Of a stretch of 64,000 bases of DNA, positions 58,668 through 64,000 are shown one piece after another. A program made the position numbers and the translations under genes. Position 1 is the first letter of the stretch. Each line of letters begins with the position of its first letter. The stretch covers positions 62,001 through 126,000 of the forward strand of contig CALSSD010000004.1 in NCBI GenBank assembly GCA_943788915.1, read 5' to 3'. The DNA comes from an uncultured Acidimicrobiales bacterium. Its GTDB lineage: Bacteria; Actinomycetota; Acidimicrobiia; Acidimicrobiales; UBA10347. Below the pieces are notes generated by a model that saw nothing but the letters and a program-made list of their open reading frames with translations, searched no databases and was not told where the DNA came from.

Positions 58668-60038
58668 ATGACCAGTTTTTTGCTTGAAAACGCGATCGTC
58701 ATCCCGTGTGAAGGTGATCGCACTGTGATCGACCCAGGATCCGTGCTCGTGGTCGACGGGCGCATCGAGGCGGTCGACCGCACCGACTTGTTGGCGACAC
58801 ATCCGGCGGCAGCCAACGTCGAACGTATTGATCTGACCGATCACCTGCTTATCCCGGGCCTGCACAACGCCCATCTGCACTCAGGTTTGTTGCGGGGCAC
58901 TGCTGAGGGACTGGCGTTGTGGGAGTGGCTCGAACAACACGTTGATCCGGCGCATCGGGCGCTCACTCCTGAGATCGCCGAAGCTGCGTCGTGGATGGCC
59001 TACACGGAAGGACTCCGGACCGGCACCACCAGTGTGTTGGACATGTGGCGGTTCATGGAAGGGTCGGCCAACGCCGCCGAAAAGATCGGCATCCGAGCCA
59101 CGCTCGCGCCGTACACCGCCGACAAGTACGACTGGTTCGACACCCTGGAAACCAATCGGCGCCTGCTCGAGACCCACCACAATGTGGCCAATGGTCGCGT
59201 CCGAGCCTGGGTCGGGCTCGAGCACATGTTTTATTGCTCACCGCAGATGTTCCGCGATGCTGCGGCGTTGGCCGAAGAGTTCGATGTTGGTGTGCATACC
59301 CATTCGAGCGAGACCGTGTGGGAAGTCGAAGAGAGTGTGCGGCAGTACGGCATGCGGCCAATCGAGGTCTTCGCCGACCGGGGCATCCTCGACGGCCGAG
59401 CGGTGATTGCCCATGGCGTGTGGCTCGATGAACGAGAGGTCGACGTCTGCGTCGAACGAGGAACCGCAGTTACCCACTGTCCGTGTTCGAACATGAAGCT
59501 CACGTCGGGTGCTGCACCCATAGGCGCCTATCGCGACGCGGGTATGACGGTCGCACTTGGCACCGACGGTGAAAAAGAAAACAACAATCTCGACATGATC
59601 GAAGAGCTCAAATTTGGCTCACTGTTGGCCAAGCTCTCTACCCAGGACCCCGCGGCTGGTGACCCATGGGATCTGCTCGAAATGGCGACTCGCGAGGGTG
59701 CCAAGGCACTCGGCCTCGACGACATCACCGGCACCATCGAGGTCGGCAAGGACGCCGATCTGGTCGCGGTCAATATGCGAGCGCTGCACTTTGTGCCACT
59801 GTTTCGCAACCAGGACTTCAACGCGGTGGCCCATCTGGTGTTCTCGGCATCGGGCCGGGATGTGACCGACGTGTGGGTGCAGGGCAATCGGCTCGTCGAA
59901 GCCGGCGAGGTCACCTCGGTCGATGTGGTCGAAGTAGCGAACCGAGCTCAGGAGGCAGCCGAGGACCTCTTCGCTCGCCGCCGGGCCATGGGGCCTCCAG
60001 TCGCCGGCCCAGCCGCCCAACTCGGCAAGACTGTCTAG
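58668..60038 (+). CDS. Amidohydrolase-family deaminase (MTA/SAH, AtzA/TrzA, 8-oxoguanine deaminase clan)
   Basis: GGAGG RBS; PGLHNAHLH, GTT, HTHSSE, AHGV, HCPCSNMKL, LGTDG, GKDADL. Confidence 0.9.
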   Translation: MTSFLLENAIVIPCEGDRTVIDPGSVLVVDGRIEAVDRTDLLATHPAAANVERIDLTDHLLIPGLHNAHLHSGLLRGTAEGLALWEWLEQHVDPAHRALTPEIAEAASWMAYTEGLRTGTTSVLDMWRFMEGSANAAEKIGIRATLAPYTADKYDWFDTLETNRRLLETHHNVANGRVRAWVGLEHMFYCSPQMFRDAAALAEEFDVGVHTHSSETVWEVEESVRQYGMRPIEVFADRGILDGRAVIAHGVWLDEREVDVCVERGTAVTHCPCSNMKLTSGAAPIGAYRDAGMTVALGTDGEKENNNLDMIEELKFGSLLAKLSTQDPAAGDPWDLLEMATREGAKALGLDDITGTIEVGKDADLVAVNMRALHFVPLFRNQDFNAVAHLVFSASGRDVTDVWVQGNRLVEAGEVTSVDVVEVANRAQEAAEDLFARRRAMGPPVAGPAAQLGKTV

Positions 60039-60112
60039 TTATTGTGGTCTAAGGGTCACGGTCTAGACACGCTCATGACATGTCGTGCGCACGAAGATGC
60101 CAAACTGGATGC

Positions 60113-61165
60113 ATGAGCCTTGCTTCCGTGCAAACCCGTATGCCTGTTGTTGCCGTGGCTGGCACCGCTGCCGACCGAGGACACCAACATGGTGAGCTTC
60201 TTCGTGATGCCATTGCCGAATGTGTCGCGATCTACGACGGCGTCTTCAAGCTGTCCGACGACGAGGTTGCACGCCGCTCCGCTCACTTCGAGGCGGTCAC
60301 CCGTGCGTGGCATCCTGAGTTAGCCGCGGAAATTGATGCCATCGCTGAGAGTTCCGGGCAACCGCGACATTGGGTATGGGCCCTGAATGCTCGCAGCGAG
60401 ATCATGTCATTCACCGGAGCCCAGGAGACCGAGTGCACCTCGGTGTGGTCGCCGTCGACCACGACGTTGGCGCAGAACTGGGACTGGTTGGCTTGCCTCG
60501 AACCACTCACGGTGGTTCTCGATGCAACCCACGAAGACGATCACCACGTGGTGACCGTGACCGAACCCGGCATGGTGGGCAAGGTCGGCATGTCGAGCGC
60601 TGGCACTGCGGTGGGTCTGAACTTCTTGTACTCACCAGAACCTCTGGACGGTGTGCCGGTGCATGTGCTGTTGCGAGCACTCCTTGATGCGCGGAGCCAC
60701 GACGAGGTCGAACAGGTCGTTTCTACTGCAGGCACAGGACGTTCCGCGCATGTTTTCCTGGCAAAGTCAAACGGTGTCGGATCGAGCATCGAGTACACCG
60801 GGTCACAGATGTGGCGCCGTGACTCTGCGGGGGATCCACTGCTGCACACCAACCATTTTGTGAACGGTGGCGCGGCCGGCGCCGAGTTGCCTCAGGGTGC
60901 TGGTGGTCCAAACAGCGAGGCTCGATATGACCGGTCGGTTGCCTTGGTCGACGAACATGGAGTGGATTCTGCCGCTTCGGTCCTCCAGCTTCTCGACGAC
61001 CGGGGCAACGACGAGTTTCCGATCTGTCGCTCGTGGGCGCCGTCACCCACCCTGGGTCTTGATTCGGGCACGGTGTGCGCCGTTGCCATGCGATTGAGTG
61101 ACAACGAGATGGATGTGCGACTCGGTCCTGACCCCAGCGGTTCCTGGCAGACACATACGGTCTGA
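60113..61165 (+). CDS. Peptidase C45 family Ntn hydrolase / acyltransferase
   Basis: RGHQHG, LNARSE, ECTS (autoproteolytic Cys), AQNWDW, EPG..GK.G, HTNHF, S..R. Confidence 0.85.
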   Translation: MSLASVQTRMPVVAVAGTAADRGHQHGELLRDAIAECVAIYDGVFKLSDDEVARRSAHFEAVTRAWHPELAAEIDAIAESSGQPRHWVWALNARSEIMSFTGAQETECTSVWSPSTTTLAQNWDWLACLEPLTVVLDATHEDDHHVVTVTEPGMVGKVGMSSAGTAVGLNFLYSPEPLDGVPVHVLLRALLDARSHDEVEQVVSTAGTGRSAHVFLAKSNGVGSSIEYTGSQMWRRDSAGDPLLHTNHFVNGGAAGAELPQGAGGPNSEARYDRSVALVDEHGVDSAASVLQLLDDRGNDEFPICRSWAPSPTLGLDSGTVCAVAMRLSDNEMDVRLGPDPSGSWQTHTV

Positions 61166-61188
61166 CGTTCGCAAGGGAGCCCGAGCGG

Positions 61189-62208
61189 GTGACGGATACA
61201 CACATAATCGATGACGCACGCGAACAGGCGCTGCTGCGCCGTTATTGGTATGCGGCCTCGTATTCGAGTGCGCTAGGCGCGGGCCCGGTCTCGGTCACGA
61301 TCTTGGGCGAAGACATTGTGATCGTTCGCCTCGACGGCGAACTGGTAGCAAGTCGTGACCAATGCCCGCACCGAGGTGCGCCGTTATCGGGCGGCATCGT
61401 CGTCAATCACGAAGGTGGTGAGTGTCTGCGGTGCCCGTATCACGCGCTCCATTTCGACGGCACCGGTGCTGCTGTGCATCTGCCGGGCGCCCCCGGTGAT
61501 CGATTGCCGTCGCGGGTCAATCTCGCCCTGCTGCCGTGCGAAGAACGACATGGCATTGTGTGGGTCTGCCTCGATGCGGCGCCACTCGGCGATATCCCAG
61601 CATGGCCAGCGTTTGATCGGCCAGATGTGGCGAGGTTCCAGAGCGATCTCGAAGTCTGGCAGGCGATGCCGTCTCGAATCTCCGAGAACTTCAACGACCT
61701 GGCCCACCTGTCGATCATCCACGCGGCCACGTTTGGTGATGCCTCAAACACCGCGGTGCCGGCCGAGACCTTGACCGTGTCCGACGACGGGCACACGATC
61801 ACCCATTCGGTGACCATGCCCCAGCTCGATCGACAGACCCACGATGGGCCGCTGGTGCCGGTCAGGGTTGCGTACACCTATGTCCACGCGATGGCGTTCT
61901 CGACCGAGTTGTGCATTCAGTACGACGACGTGCGGACGGAGTGGATTCAGATGACAGCCACGCCACTGACCGCTACGTCGGCACTCGTCTTTCAGCAGAG
62001 CGCCCGCAACTTCGATATCGACGGTGACATCGCGGCCTGGCGAGAATTCCAGATCACGGTGAACGGCGAAGACCGTGATCTGCTCGAGGTGCTCAAGCCA
62101 AAACGTATTGCCATCGATGGTTCCGAGTCGGGCGAGATTGCCCTGTCGGTTGATGCGTTTACGATTGCGTACCGGCGACTGTGGCGACAGGTTCTGGGCC
62201 AGACCTAG
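61189..62208 (+). CDS. Rieske non-heme iron oxygenase, VanA/NdmA/NdmB-like demethylase clan
   Basis: DQCPHRG...CPYH Rieske ligands, ENFNDLAHLSIIH, EDRDLLE, D.FTIAYRR. Confidence 0.85.
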   Translation: MTDTHIIDDAREQALLRRYWYAASYSSALGAGPVSVTILGEDIVIVRLDGELVASRDQCPHRGAPLSGGIVVNHEGGECLRCPYHALHFDGTGAAVHLPGAPGDRLPSRVNLALLPCEERHGIVWVCLDAAPLGDIPAWPAFDRPDVARFQSDLEVWQAMPSRISENFNDLAHLSIIHAATFGDASNTAVPAETLTVSDDGHTITHSVTMPQLDRQTHDGPLVPVRVAYTYVHAMAFSTELCIQYDDVRTEWIQMTATPLTATSALVFQQSARNFDIDGDIAAWREFQITVNGEDRDLLEVLKPKRIAIDGSESGEIALSVDAFTIAYRRLWRQVLGQT

Positions 62209-63649
62209 TGCGGCGGGCTACGAAGATGCCCACGATCATGGCTCCGGCGGCAAAGAACAAGCCGGCGTTCGATGCGGCTCGAAAAGCCGACCGGCTTTCG
62301 TCGCTGGCGATGTCGCTGACAAGGGTCGACTGCCCTTCGTCGAGCTGTGCTTCGAAGACGATCCGTTGGATCGCCCCGAGCACGCCAACACCAATCGAGG
62401 CACCGAGCTCGATGGACATGTCGTTGAGGCTGGCGGCAGAACCAGCAAAGGCAGGTTCGACCTCGCCCACGACTCGGTCAACCGAGAGCGGAATGGCAAG
62501 ACCGTTCCCTGCGCCAGCAACCAGCCCGGCCACGATGAACACAGGACGGTTGCCTTCGGGTACGAGGCCCATGCCGACATAACCCACGGCCATGATGACC
62601 AGCCCAAAGGTGATCACGTTTGACACGCCGAACCGTTCACTCAATGGCATGCAGGTGTTGGCCACAATGACTTCGATCACGCCGATGGGCACCAGGAGTA
62701 ACCCGGTGACCAGTGCCGTCTCTTGCCAGCCGATCTGCAACAACAACGCGGCCACAAACAACACGCCGTTGAAACCAATCGCGGCGATGACCAGGGTGCC
62801 TGCTCCCGCAACACGGTCGCGATCATCGAACAACGACAGTGGCAACAGGGGGTCGGGTGTCCGTCGCTCGTGGGCAATGAACGCGGCGATAAATACGAAT
62901 GAGCCGATGACCGCAGCGATAGTGGTCACGGCGAGTGGGTGACCTGGACCCTCGATCGCGACGTAGACCAGACAGCCAACGGCCGCAACTGAGAGCAGGG
63001 TGCCAATGATGTCGAAGCGACCGGTGCGTTGTCCGGGAAGCACCGGCACCCAGACCCGAGCGCCCACCAGGCCAAGCACGGCGAGGGCAGCGTTCAACAC
63101 GAACACGGCTTGCCATCCTGAGATGGTGATCAGCCAGCCCCCAATGGCGGGGCCGAATGCTCCACCTGCGCCAGCCAGGCTTGACCAGAGAGCGATGGCC
63201 CGTCCTCGATCTCGGTTGTTGAATACCTCGCTTAGTGCCGACAGGGTGGCGGGCATCATGACCGCGGCGCCGAGACCAGCAATGACGCGGGCCATGATCA
63301 TCACGTTGACTGAGCCGGCGGTGGCTCCGAAGGCATTTCCCGCAGCGAAGATGGCGAAGCCGAGGATCAGCGCAGCACGACGTCCGATGCGATCGCCGAG
63401 TGCACCTCCGGCGAGCAGGAGCCCAGCGAAGACCACGGCATAGGAGTCAACAATCCATTGTAGATCGTCGATCTCGGCGTCGAAGTCACCAGCGATTTCT
63501 GGCAGTGCAACATTGAGGGCGGTGAGTGCGACAACGAGCAGAAAGACACCAAGGCATGAAACTGCAAGCGTGCGTCGCCGGTCAGGATGACCCTGGTCGG
63601 GTAGTTCAGCTAGCGAAGTCAGAACGAAGCGCCGCCTTGTCGCTGTCAT
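62159..63649 (-). CDS. MFS transporter, DHA2 (EmrB/QacA-like); start uncertain
   Basis: LNVALP, LQWIVDSY, GALGDRIGRR, MPATLS, GPAIGG, HERR..DPLLPL. Confidence 0.88.
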   Translation of the reverse strand: MTATRRRFVLTSLAELPDQGHPDRRRTLAVSCLGVFLLVVALTALNVALPEIAGDFDAEIDDLQWIVDSYAVVFAGLLLAGGALGDRIGRRAALILGFAIFAAGNAFGATAGSVNVMIMARVIAGLGAAVMMPATLSALSEVFNNRDRGRAIALWSSLAGAGGAFGPAIGGWLITISGWQAVFVLNAALAVLGLVGARVWVPVLPGQRTGRFDIIGTLLSVAAVGCLVYVAIEGPGHPLAVTTIAAVIGSFVFIAAFIAHERRTPDPLLPLSLFDDRDRVAGAGTLVIAAIGFNGVLFVAALLLQIGWQETALVTGLLLVPIGVIEVIVANTCMPLSERFGVSNVITFGLVIMAVGYVGMGLVPEGNRPVFIVAGLVAGAGNGLAIPLSVDRVVGEVEPAFAGSAASLNDMSIELGASIGVGVLGAIQRIVFEAQLDEGQSTLVSDIASDESRSAFRAASNAGLFFAAGAMIVGIFVARRTRSGPEPVATVAGTQS

Positions 63650-64000
63650 CAAGCCAGGACGCAGTGATCGCCGCATCGCGAATACTCGTCATGGCAGCAT
63701 GGTCGAGGCCAAACGCGGCGGAGACCCGTTCGTATTCATCGGCGAGATCGAACTGGAAGAACGCGGGATCGTCGCTGTTGAGCGTGACCAACACACCCGC
63801 GTCGCGCTGAGCAGCGAATGGGTGATCGGCAAGCGTGTCGACGATCGACAGCTCTACGTTGGACGTGGGGCAGTTGGTGAGAGGGATCTGCTCGTCGACC
63901 ACCCGCTTGGTGAGCTCGGGATCTTCGAGCAGGCGAGTTCCATGGTCGATGCGGTCGATCCCGGCTTCGACCATGTGGCGGATGTTGTCGGCGGGGCCGT
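63606..64000 (-). CDS. add: Adenosine/adenine deaminase family protein (5' part beyond the window)
   Basis: GPADNI, RIDHG, CPTSN, HP, TLNSDDPAFF. Confidence 0.85.
   Translation of the reverse strand, partial: GPADNIRHMVEAGIDRIDHGTRLLEDPELTKRVVDEQIPLTNCPTSNVELSIVDTLADHPFAAQRDAGVLVTLNSDDPAFFQFDLADEYERVSAAFGLDHAAMTSIRDAAITASWLDDSDKAALRSDFAS

Noticed and set aside
52743..61165. Penicillin/beta-lactam cluster (IPNS-family gene plus C45 acyltransferase family gene)
   Set aside because: There is no ACV synthetase NRPS or beta-lactam tailoring/resistance gene. Both are broad families and the context is purine uptake and catabolism.

Overview
High-GC bacterial chromosome segment, most likely Actinomycetota of the Acidimicrobiia type. 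This is inferred from FadD3/FadE/HsaA-like genes, a fused oleBC, lipoprotein-anchored binding proteins and many apparently leaderless genes. Many otherwise intact genes are split by single-base indels, which suggests an unpolished long-read assembly. Main contents: (1) housekeeping and lipid-catabolic genes (fadD3-like, hydA, gpmI, CoA transferases, acyl-CoA dehydrogenases); (2) an integrase-less ~6.8 kb island in tRNA-Gly(CCC), bounded by a 45-bp att direct repeat and carrying a MenAT1-like nucleotidyltransferase pair and a haloalkane dehalogenase/GST operon; (3) a ~10 kb zinc-starvation cluster with zur, several Zur-like boxes, a ZnuABC/Azt-type transporter, zrgABCD-like genes and ribA; (4) deletion remnants of ureABC and other genes; (5) an olefin locus in which oleA diverges from oleBC-oleD and the oleC/oleD junction is bridged by a 17-bp tandem array encoding a relay of ATGA-coupled mini-ORFs; (6) a ~14.5 kb cluster with ndmCDE-like N7-demethylase genes, a BMP nucleoside ABC transporter, an IPNS-family oxygenase, two deaminase-family enzymes, a C45 hydrolase and a second Rieske oxygenase. 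Cluster (6) is the best candidate for an undescribed methylated-purine salvage pathway. All family calls come from motif recognition by eye; no searches were run.
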